This document shows, one piece after another, positions 1 through 11,745 of a stretch of DNA of 64,000 nt; position 1 is the first letter of the stretch, and each line of letters opens with the position of its first letter. The position numbers were made by a program, and so were the translations under genes. Source of the DNA: Antedon mediterranea (lineage: Eukaryota; Animalia; Echinodermata); assembly GCF_964355755.1 (NCBI RefSeq), contig NC_092680.1, positions 5,704,001 through 5,768,000 on the forward strand, given 5' to 3'. A model generated the notes under the pieces. The model made no database searches. It saw nothing but the letters and a program-made list of their open reading frames with translations, and was not told the DNA's origin.

Positions 1-1602
1 ATTTCATATCTGGCACAATTTTCTACGTTTTTCTATTTCGATACATTTTTGTTAACTGATTTAAAGTAAAAACATGGCTGGCAGTGAGTGCGTAAAAGTA
101 ATATGAAGAATCAAATACGACAACAATGTTTATTAAGTATACAATTATATAAATTGTACAACTTAAAGGTTTCATTAGTGAAATTTGACAATAAAACATC
201 GTTTGAACAGCATGTCATTATAATTTTCATACAAATTTGTCATAAAGTAAATGTCAAACACATAGAATATTCTAAAGAATATATAATTATTTATATCTTC
301 TATATGTTCCATTTATAATTTATAGTAATTTCATACTACACTGTACCCAGACTTAGAATCCAGGTCAGTTATAGAAAGGTCGAGTAGACCAGTTTAGTGT
401 TTTGTATACCCAAAGTAGTAACTCTTCCTTGGCATTTTACGAAATGCTATATTGGAGAATGTAATAATATTGTTGGAAATATACTACTATACAGACACGT
501 CGTATACCTGACATTAGCATATGGAATAGCTTCAGAATTTAACATAATGTTTCCCATGATTAAAGTGACAGTCATGCCAAGTGTATCAAGTGTTTTTAAA
601 TATTATACAGTAATTTATTGTTATCTTTGATAATTTAATATTTCTTTTCGGCCGATCAAAACAGAAGCATTTTTATTTTAAGTATTATGATATAATTTAC
701 ATGATGTACACTATATGATGGTTCCTACGATTAAACCATGTCGGTTTCCTATAATAATTGATTATTCAGTACTTTCACATTACAGTATATTAGGCTAGTA
801 TAGTAACTACTGTAGTATTAACCAATCAACAAAAACATTTCAAGAATGCCAATTACAAATTATAGGGTTAAAATTAATAACAATCATTTTCAATTTAGTA
901 ACTGTCCCTTTAAGATCTCTTGCATTAAATTACATTTGCAAGAAACTCTACTTACTTTGTTCACCTGTTCAAAAATGTTAATCTTAATTATCTCAATCAG
1001 GTTTATCAAAATCTTACAAATTAACATTTCAAAACCCATAATACTACAGTATACAAAATATAATAATTAATATTAATCAAATTTGATTTTTACCATTTTT
1101 TAAAGATAAAATTTCATAAATAGAATATAAATCTCGAACCAGGTGTGTTAAATAAAATTGTTATTATTACTGTAATTAAATTGATTTCTTAAAACATCCT
1201 TTTTAACTCAATAAAATGTAAAAATAACAATATTATAAATATGAAAGTCATCTCATTTGTATACAGTATTGAAGGTACTGTAGCTTTAAATGCATACTGC
1301 AATATAATGTTAATTCTACTGGGACTGTATTAGAAAAGAAAGACAAAGAACATCAGAAAACCTAAATACTGTAGCTTTGTTCTACTGTAATGTTAACCAA
1401 TATATTTCCATGATTCTATAATAGCAGGATCAGTTAACAATTTATTTATTTGATCGATATACAGTACTAGTATTTTTAGTAATCATACAATAATAAGATA
1501 CTGTAAGTTAATTTGATTGAAGTTTTAAATACAGTTTATATAATTGGGTATTATTGGTTTGTGGGCTTCTATTCTGAGAACCAAAATGCAGTGAATCACC
1601 TA

Positions 1603-1850
1603 AGGCCGGTTAACACTGAACAATGACATGCAAAGCGACATGCGTCAAATCGAAGCGGGTTGCATAAAGCTTGAAAAAGTTGCAACTCTAGCGAATTAAA
1701 AAGCGGAGCCTTTGCTAGTTCCGATTTTACCGCGTTGAAGTTGAGAATCAAACGATGCCTACAAGTTTGATTTAATGTTCACACTGAAATCGTCTGTCGC
1801 GACAAAATTACAGTTCGAATTGCTGCTCTGCGTTCAGTGTGCACCGGCCT
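1603..1850. mobile_element. Harbinger-type MITE (second family)
   Basis: AGGCCGGTTAACACTGAAC...GTTCAGTGTGCACCGGCCT with TWA-like flanks. Confidence 0.75.
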
Positions 1851-2333
1851 TAAATATAAGAGTTTGTGCACAATTTTTATATTTGAAATAATATTTAAAG
1901 AGTACAATTTTCCCAATCTGTTAATATTATATCCAAAGATATGGAAATTACATTTAAATGTCATTGCTAATTGCTATTTATTTATATTTAAAGACTTAAA
2001 ATTATACCCAAAAAAAAGTAATGCATGGCTTGAATGATAAAGCAAGCAAAGCTACCAATGTGGGTGATGATATCATACAATTAACAAATACTAATATGTA
2101 TTTAATTTTAAACATTACAAAATAAAATTAATATGAATGTATACAGTGGCAAGGCTACAGTACAGGATCTGCGCAATGCACACAATATGACATGCCAGGT
2201 TGATCAAAAAGGTAATTTCTACCATTCAAGAAACATTAACAGTAAATAGGACAAAATATTTCATTTCAGACACAAGTGCAAATTTAGGGATGACACTGGA
2301 ATCAAATCAGTTGATACTCTACCTTTTCCCAAC

Positions 2334-2373
2334 CTTTTCATGTGATAAAGGTCCATTTAATTGGTTAGGTTCA
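2334..2373 (-). CDS. Putative next exon of the same unidentified gene (SEPNQLNGPLSHEK)
   Basis: Strong acceptor tgtttgtttttttacag|, phase-compatible with the 6802 donor. Donor is AAG|GTTGGG (or AAG|GTAGAG at 2323). Confidence 0.45.
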
Positions 2374-3419
2374 CTGTAAAAAAACAAACATATTACAATT
2401 AAAAAGGCTATAATATTAAAATGTTAAAATTCACAATTTGTTGCGCAGGTTAAACTGAAGACTAAAGGAACAAGTCCTTCAATTCGTTTTATGGCAATAA
2501 AAGGTGAATCAAACAAAAGACTTTGCAGGGCTGGCTAAAAATCTAGATAAAATGCATATTATAAAAGGGTCAGGGAAATCTTGCACATTGACCTGACTAT
2601 TATTTATTAATCTAATAAATAATAAGCAACATTTAATCACACACACAAAACAAAATTCATTCAGTAGAAAAGACAACTTGTTAGTAATTCAATTTGAACA
2701 ATTTCTTTTTTTGTTTCGAAAATCTCATCCATATTAATAAACTTATAAACAGAAAAAGAAAAATCGTAAATTCTAAACTTTCTCCATCTACAATACATTT
2801 TGGAGTTATGAAGCATGTGTTTGCAAACAAAAGCAACTAGGATATTACCACTATTGAAACATTTAGCATAGTATAGTTAGTAAACCTGTAGTAAAGTGGA
2901 CCCAAATTAAAAAAATAATTGAAAGACATGATAATACTACTATTATGACTGAGTCATAGTAAACTGGGTGGGATTATACTGGGATTGATTGCATAACAAT
3001 TAAATTTACCAAATTCTTGTGTCCGAATTTAGCCAAATTAGGAGGTGTGATTCTATTTGGTCATACTGTATTACAGTAGTATACTTTTGAAAGTAAATAC
3101 TTTGTTTTACAAGGCTTTTCGTCCTGTAGTCTGTGTTATTATATTACCTACAGTATAATATAATACTTGTACTACACAAGCCATTAAAAAGAGCTAGTTT
3201 ATGTAGTTAGCTCTGAGTTTGAGCATCAAAATTTCTCACAAGTCAATGCCGGAGTTACTGTATTTTATAATCAGCTAAACCTTGTTTTAATCTTTTATTA
3301 TGTGAGCCTTGACTTCATCATTTTAATAATAAAACTATGCACAGTTTATAACCACAATAATAATGCCTATTAAACACTGCAATTCAAACTCGTGTGTACA
3401 ATTTGGAGAACCCCTTCGA

Positions 3420-3790
3420 ACACCTCTATTCAGGGAACACCCTATGAAGATGGCACTTAATGTATGTTTGAACACTACACCCAACCCATGTTCAGGAGGA
3501 AATATTTCTTTTTGTACATAAGTTGGGGACCCCTCATGAAACGTCACAAAATAAACATATATTCATAAAAAAAATTTAAAAATATTCATTAGTCATATAC
3601 AAGGTGTGATGCAAGAATTGAGCTAACTACGATTATTTAGAGGGTTAGTTGTATTTAGGAAATAGTTCGGCTATCTTTCACATAATGGTCCCAAACTTAT
3701 GTACGAGGAAAAAAAATCGCAGGAAACACTCTAGTCTAAGCGGACACTTAGTTGGGTCTTGAAGGTGTCCCCTTAAAAGGAGTTACTATA
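3420..3790. mobile_element. Degenerate Tigger-like MITE
   Basis: CCTCTATTCAGGGAACACC ... GGTGTCCCCTTAAAAGG, and an inner inverted pair TACATAAGTTGGGGACC / GGTCCCAAACTTATGTA. Confidence 0.5.
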
Positions 3791-6172
3791 TAATAATTAA
3801 TATTGTTGTTACATATATTATGAAAACATGAAACTAGACAAGGGACAACAAAGCGTGTTTAGGAGAATTACAGAATATATAAATATACATTGACATTGTA
3901 AACAAATATTTATTTTCTTTCATTTTTAACACAAAAGTGTTTAATTATAGTGGAACATTACTAAATAACAAAATGTAAATAATGGATTAAACATAGGGTT
4001 AATGTCATAGCCTAGGCTTAGTCACAGATTGGTTCCTCTCTATATGATTTCAAGTTCCTAAACATTCTTAATATCCTATCCTAATTGCCATTTCCTATTC
4101 GAAGATATAACTATAATCAGTTTCACTGCAGGAAGCTTTGCACGACAAGTTAAAAAAATGTATTTCGTGCACTTCTTCATCAAGGAAATATTATATGCTT
4201 TAGACTTTTAAAACATGGAGGCCTAAAAAGTCACAATTAATTGTCATTGTCAAAAGATATTCAAACATAACTTAAACATAAATTACCATTATTAATTACC
4301 ACAGTAATTTACTATGATAAATATTAAGTCAGGTAATAATCAAGAATTTCAGTAATACAGTAATGTTAATTCAAAAAGAGTATACATTACATACAAAGTG
4401 TTAACCACCTATACTAACAGTGTTTTAATGCCAATTGAAAGCTTGTCTTTATCCACAATGCCAAGCGTTCTACTTCCAGGTCAAATAATTTTTCCCAATT
4501 TGTATAATACCTACACATTTAATAATAATAGGAATACATGCTAATTAGCATCAACGTATTTATTATAAAATTTAACAATGTACTGGTACCATACTCCATA
4601 ATCTTGCACTGTGGTTAATATTTTTAAACTAAGCTGTCTTTCTCTTTAATAAAAGCCAACAATAAAATAATGTTTAACCATTTGTGTTGAAATAAAAAGG
4701 AGACCTAAAGAAATTAATCTACTGGAAGGTCAAAGGTGAAATATAAAGCACATAAAGAATAGATTATAAAAGGTACAGGTTTATTTATATCAACATTGCT
4801 AATCATAAGCAGGAAAATATTTAAGACTCAAGAGATTTTTTTCAGTTTCCCTATACTGTTGTGATTTTAAAGCTAATTGTATGTTCCCAATACTAATTAC
4901 ATTTTGAAATAAAGTCAGGCTCTATAAATATTAAAAATTACATTAATTTGCAAACCACAGTAAAATAAAATACAAAATTTAGTAACCTTGTTGTACAAAT
5001 GTTACTTTAATTAAAATTGTAGACATTTGTCTAGTTTTTATATAACAGTAACATTGTGTTGGTTATTATTGTGTAATGTATTGTTCTTATATTATCATAT
5101 GTTTTTGTTTTTTTTTTTTGGGGGGGGGGGGGGGGGTGTCATTGTCATTGTCATCACTGTATATTGTACAGTACTTAACAATATCAAATACCAAAGGTGC
5201 TAATGAATAAAAATGGATACTCTATATAGTTTAATTTTTTTCAATACATTGGTGTGAGAATAACGCTAATAAAAAATATAATGTTCTTCCCAACCAAAAC
5301 TAGGTGGCATATTTTTTAACATTTGAAATATTGTGAATAAAACTATAGAAAATGGTCTAACATTGTAGGTTGCTTTCAAGGCATCATGACCCCATAGGAA
5401 TATATTAACAATTTTGAAGCTTCATCAAACAAATTAAGACATTTTTTCAACAATATTTGGAAAAAAACAATTTAGTGAGATGATTTAAAATGTATCACGT
5501 TTCTGTCAACATGCTGCCATGTGGTATCTTCTCATAATCGTGTAAAAAACTAAAAAATCATTTGCAATACGAAATAGAGTTTCCTGCGAAAAGATCGAAC
5601 AAGCTTGTACTGACGGGGGAAAGATTGCGGATACGATGTCTGTCAATACTATATCAACACCCATGGGTATTAGATTGTGAGGAAGTTGTGATCGTTCTTG
5701 ACATGGTGACTTGTGTCGCCTGGTACAATAGGTACTTGGGTATTCTGTAATTAATGGGGCAAAAGGTACATTTTACCCCTCTCCAATCAGTGTAACAATG
5801 GGCATTAAATTTAAAATTAATGTAAAGCTCTGTCTACACTATCAAACTAGTTTGACAAAAAAAGTGTGATGTGCCTAAATAATGGTAAATGACATCACCA
5901 TGTTCATATTCATTGCATATTCATGCACATCCCATTTTTTTGTCACATAAATTCGATAGTGTATACAGAGCTTTAACTGTGGGATGACAAAAATAATAAA
6001 TTTAACCAAATGTTTTCAAGCGAATTGTTTATAAACATCATTTATGTACATACAAGTCTGCAATAAAATTTATTTATAATTTCTCGGTTTGAAATTTATT
6101 GAATCATGAATATTGGACATCTAAAGTATCGTATATTTTCTGAGTAGTGCGTCAGTTCTGGGTTTTATAATA

Positions 6173-6780
6173 CAGTCGACTCCGCCTAAGTCGAATTCGC
6201 GCAAGTCGAAAAATCGCGAAAGTCGAATTTTTAGGAAAGTCCCAATTCTTTCCTATACATTACTGTGTAATTTTCATTTGTAAGTCGAATTTTTCTAAGT
6301 CGAAATTCTTTTTGCGGTCCGAATACACACATTCTTTAGTGATTTATATCGTATAAGTCGAAGTCACAAATTACGCGGCAACAACGCGCTAAAAAAGCCA
6401 ATGAAACGTACGTAATTCGTACCTATTTTGTGCTAGACAGATGGCAATAAACAATGGATACCGATTTCGAACAAAAACCGAAATGTATTTATTATACGTT
6501 TTTGTATTGTTTCGGGCTTAAAACATAAAAGAAAATACAGTTTATCATTGCCGATAAAGAGGCTTAGCATTTATTAGGCCTAGCTCTAGCTAAGCAAACT
6601 CAATTCAAGAAGGCTCATCGCGTGGGCCGCGACAGGGCAGGGTCCACTAGGCCTAGCCATAGCGCGGCTAGTGAGTGAGCCTAGGCCTAGCATTTTTTTT
6701 GGCAAATCTGTAAGTCGAAGTTCGCGTAACTCGAATTTTAATACCGGTCCCATTAGATTCGACTTAGGCGGAGTCGACTG
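6173..6780. mobile_element. Tc1/pogo(Tigger)-type MITE
   Basis: TA|CAGTCGACTCCGCCTAAGTCGAA...TTCGACTTAGGCGGAGTCGACTG|TA, with subterminal AAGTCGAA repeats. Confidence 0.9.
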
Positions 6781-6801
6781 TATAAATCATTGTGTACTTA
6801 C

Positions 6802-6878
6802 CTATGGTCCATTTTCTGGGTAGTGCTATCAGGTTCTGGGGGTTTAGAAGCTAAATCATTTTGATTGTCAGTAGACAT
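6802..6878 (-). CDS. Putative first coding exon of an unidentified gene (MSTDNQNDLASKPPEPDSTTQKMDH)
   Basis: 84-nt exon 6885-6802 bounded by atcatttcag| and AG|GTAAGT. Only one frame is open, and it contains AAGATGT. Confidence 0.55.
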
Positions 6879-9800
6879 CTTTAACCTGAAATGATATAGA
6901 CATTATTTAAATGTAAAGTGTTATGAAAAAAAGATGTTAGAAAAACTTATTTATATTAACATCAAAGAGTATCACAGTGCTGACATCACAACGGTAGGTA
7001 GCGCTGCGTGGTTGCTAGCGCAACCAAAAATGCGTTCAACCTGCCTGAGTGACTCCAAGGGGACCAATGTTTTGGAATAGGCTTATTGAAGTACGGTAGT
7101 CATTTTAAAACTTAATAATTTTCAATAAAAACAAACTAAAATTTCAAAATATCACTAAATATTTGTTTTTAATAATCTTTTTCTTCTTCAACTACAGTTT
7201 AAGTTTAAAAGAATCAAGCTAAGATACATAATTTGATAGAAATACAGATTTTTACAGTTGAATGAGGGAACATACTGTACATGTTTAAACACTACTGCAT
7301 AGTGTAACACCTATTATAGTAAAATAGATGTAAAGGTATCCTCTATTAAGGAAATGCTTCTTTAGGCCATGAAGGTTGTGGGTTGTTCTATTCTACTGAC
7401 AGTGACCACATAAATAGTAGGCGACAATGACATGACAACCAGAAATGGGAAAATGGGTTGGGGAAGGGAAGACCCACATGATAATGAATCATATGACATT
7501 CAATTAGGCATGCAAATACAGTGTGTGTTTTCCTTCAACAAGATTTGTTATCAACCTTCCATTTTGTTGAATAGTTGTATGACAATGTTAATGGTATACA
7601 TGGTTGTAGCCCTCAATACATAAAAACTCAAGAGCTAAATAAATGCATTGAGAGTAGCGCTATGAAGAAAAACACCTGATGTTAGTAACTGAGTGTATGC
7701 AATAAATGTGGTGAAATTCCCACGTCTGACCAATTTTCAATACTAGAAACTGAAATAGAATTTCCGCTAACTCCGCCCACCAGGTTTCTGTATAACAACA
7801 TCTGACCAACTTTTCTATTAGGCACACATCTATTACTGTAGGTTTAAGTGTAAATATCCTCTGGCCAACTCTTGCACGGAACCTCTTTCTTTCAGGTTTC
7901 CATGCATCCTCATCATACCAACTTTCCTCGCAGTTTTTAAATTTGTATACATAGGTAGTACAATACGAGACTCGTAAAAAAAATACTAAATGTCAGATGA
8001 TGCCATTTTTTTTCATTTTGTAGGATAACATAAAATGTTCTTCTATTTTTAGAATTTCACTCAAGGGCAGCTGGGAGGATGTCAATCTCATTTGCATAAG
8101 ATTAGCATTTCACTGGAAATTTCTTTCATATATATCATGCATGATCGATCAGAATACTGTACTCTCATTGGTAAATTTTGTCACATGTACCTTGAAAAAT
8201 AAATTCTACTATTATGGGATGTAACAATACACATTGTTGGGACAGAGGATTAGGAATGAGGGCAAGGTAGACCTCGCGAGATTAGATTATAATACATTAT
8301 TTTCATGCTACGGAAGCCATCTTGTTATAGAGAGTCCAACCAAGCGTAACAAAACCTTATTGCTACACATTCTGAAAATTGTGCAGCAAAAAATACAATA
8401 CAAAACTATGTTTCTCGACTTAAAAATCAGTTTGATTAGCAATATTGCTAAACAAAATTTTTGAATGAAATTTTTCCCTGATAAGACGTTTTCATCTTAT
8501 TTAAAAATTAAAACTCCCTAACATTAACAGAAGGCTGTAGGTAAAGAATTTTTTAAAAATTAGGATGTACATCAAGAAGAAAGACCAAGTTTAACAAGCG
8601 AACGACCAGACAAACAATCGACTTTATGTAGGAAGATGTTTTTCATATTTGGAATGGAAGTGTACATCTTAGTTAGGCAAAACGTCTTGCTCTACTTGAT
8701 TCTCTGGCAATACGTTGTTATACAAAAAGTAGTAATAATAATAACTAATAACATACAACCTTTTAATGCAAACAAAAAATAAACAATTTCAACCAATACT
8801 CATACGGTAAAGATATCTCATTACAAACATACAATAAACAACATACATTCATTCCCATGTAGCCTGGGTACCCTTCTCTGGGTAAAAAAATGTTTCATTT
8901 TCAAATACTTCACAGTACATACAGTAGGTGTGACATGATTTCTACATAATAATAATATTGTGCCTTCAATCAAATTACAAAAATTATAATGCCTATTGAA
9001 ACTTCATATTCGTAAAAAAACCAGACACCTAGGACCAAAATACAATAGAAATTTTACAATTCAACGTAGTGTTAGAATTCGACGGCTTTGTACAGTGTAT
9101 GAATTCGCGATGTCTAAGCGCAGATCAAAGTCTGTTGCAATAGCATATCTTGGCAAGTTGAGCTCAGTCCTGTTCTTCGATTGCCTTGATTTAACATTAT
9201 TTTGAAATTTTGATTGGGCCCTAGAAATGAAGATCATAATAATTTTAAGCTAGGAAGTTTACTGTTTACTACTTACCTGAAAGAAAAGAACAAATAATAC
9301 TAATAGACTGATTTAAAGATTAAAATTATGAGGGAAGAAAAATATAAAGACGAAGTTAAAAAGGAGTAAAACAAAAAATTGTTTAATTAATTAATAAAAT
9401 AATTTTAATTGCCATTCAAAATTGTCTCTACAATTTTATGCATGATGACATCACTAGTTCATGTTCAGTAGAATAATTGTCAATAAATTAATCACAATCG
9501 CAGCATGCCATTGGCTATCTTAGCAGTAGTCCACACCCAAGTAGAAAAATGGTTCTGGTCAAAGCATCATGAATATAAACTTACACTATATGCCCAATGG
9601 ATTGCAAATACCGTAGGACAATAGCCTACAGCACACAATGATAGGACACAATGGTTTTATTCAAGGCTAATACTATATAGAAAATACAAATATAACTGTT
9701 ACTTTAAAATTAAAAAACATTAAAATTACCATTTAAATCTTAAACCTTTAATAATAGTAGAATTTGATTTCAAAAAGATTGCTGAATTTTTTTATGTGGA

Positions 9801-11151
9801 TTGAATAATGACAAGAACATTATTTTAATTAAATATTAATAAAATTTTAATATTTATTCAAATGATCAACAACATTACAAAGGTAGTACTACCGTAGTTG
9901 AAAGTAGTAGCAATTTAAATCTAACATATATTTGTTAGCAGTTAGTGACTCTACCAATAACAGATCCCTAATAAACATTGCTAATAATCACCCTAATAAA
10001 AAGAAATAAACTTAAATGTTTGTTTGTATATTTCTTTCTCCTGCATCATAATAATTATAATTTCACAAATATTAAAAAATAATTTAAAAAACAAAAATGG
10101 GAAACTATAACTTCAATGTGCTTAAATTGTTGTTTTTCTGGACTGGTTTTTTCTAAAAATAATTGAGTCTCTATGTTGCCCCTCGAAATGATACTTTGCT
10201 GTTTTTATACATTAATATTTGCTGATTTTGAATTGAATATAATGTTTCAAAAATTTCTTGCACTTTTTAAATTGGCATGTTTTGTTGCCAAAATCAACAT
10301 TCAACAAAGTTTAGTTAATCATTCTAACAAGCCCCAAAACATTGATTGAAGTAGGCCTAGTGAAACCCAATTCTTTATGACTTACAATTAATCTATATAA
10401 AAGTGTAAACACTTGAAAACAACACAATTGAAAATAATTAAAGTGCCTGGATAGGGGTGTTTTTTAACCTGCACAAAACATTCTCTAATTATTGTAAGGG
10501 GAAACATACTTAACTTGGTCTAGCTAGGCTATGCCTAGAGTATAAATTAAAATAAAGTACAAAGCATGATTAGGCCGGCTAGCCTAATCCGGATTCAAAG
10601 GTGTATAATAGTCAAATAGTATATTAAAATGGTTTCAGTAGGTCTCTGTTAGCCTAGTAGTAGCTAGGCCTTTCCATAACAACACAACAGTAGCTGTCGC
10701 ACTTAACATGTGCCGAAGATAAACTTCTCACACTGAGACAGCCACACACAGTGGATCACTTAACTGACGATTATTCATTCATCGATTTCACAAACTCAAA
10801 CACAATTTATGTTTATTTCGTCTACATGAATTTGATCAACAACTCTTTTATTTCATATATCTAGCATAAGAACTTTTGTATTACGGCATACAGCAACAAA
10901 TAAGCGCGTTCTTTGTCTCTGATTTTGCAACAGTTCAATTTTTTAAGCGCACGCGCGACATGCGACTATCAAAAGCATAGCAAGGGATTCCCCCGAAACA
11001 GCAATTCATGCATCAGTCAGCAGCGGGTGAGATAAATACTACGAAATGAAAATTATCCGAAAGAAATTGCGGCACTCAATGGTGCAATAATTAGCTAGGG
11101 TTTTACTACAACTTCAGTTGATTATATACGCAATATCAACCCCATACTCAC

Positions 11152-11490
11152 TTTCAACAGGGCAAACTTTCATCAGGTTTGAAAAAGCATGACCCCTCAC
11201 GGTGGCCTTTTCAGTGATATTCAAATCCCTCAGCCAATAAAGAACTGCACTCCAGACCAGCCGCCGGCGAATCAGAAGGCCGACGAACTCACAGCGAATA
11301 TACAATCTCAGTCCAGCTCCTAGTCTGCTCCTACTTATGCCCCTGGGTCTGTCTCCCGGTGTAGAATGTGCATTAACTACCAAACTATGATCAAGCCCGC
11401 CAAGGTCGTCAACAAGACAGAGAAAGGCCGAATTTCCGTCAAAAATGGCGTTTGTTCTTGGACTTGTTTACACCCGGGTTTCCGTATCTG
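11152..11490 (-). other. Putative non-coding first exon (5' UTR with short uORFs) of the unidentified gene
   Basis: GC-richer island ending in donor AAA|GTGAGTA at 11152/11151. YY1-type CGCCATTTT at 11442-11450. Promoter motifs lie immediately upstream. The TSS is approximate. Confidence 0.5.
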
Positions 11491-11745
11491 AATCGCAGGG
11501 CTAACCAAAACAATTTGTTTACCTGTAAACAAATCTATAGCACTTTGTCTAGTCACGTGACCTGTCACCTGGCCAATGGCCACATGCCATGAATACATGA
11601 CTGACAGATGAATGTTCCTCTCTTTGTGGATACCATCTTCAAATATTTCTATTCAAGTCCAGAATAATGTTAAAAAAGTAAACAAATTTGTTTACTTTTC
11701 AGAGTGACAAGAAAGAGTAGTAAACAAGCAAGCTGATTGGATAGT
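11460..11745 (-). promoter_or_regulatory. Promoter with clustered Forkhead (TGTTTAC), E-box/CLEAR and CCAAT motifs
   Basis: TTGTTTAC at 11464. Inverted pair ATTTGTTTAC-ct-GTAAACAAAT at 11513-11534. GTCACGTGAC at 11552-61. CCAAT at 11573. Perfect 26-bp palindrome AAAAGTAAACAAATTTGTTTACTTTT at 11674-99. GTAAACAA at 11720. GATTGG at 11735. Confidence 0.6.

Noticed and set aside
11114-11598. Two minus-strand ORFs (89 and 73 aa)
   Set aside because: They run through a splice donor and promoter motifs, and are better explained as 5' UTR and promoter.
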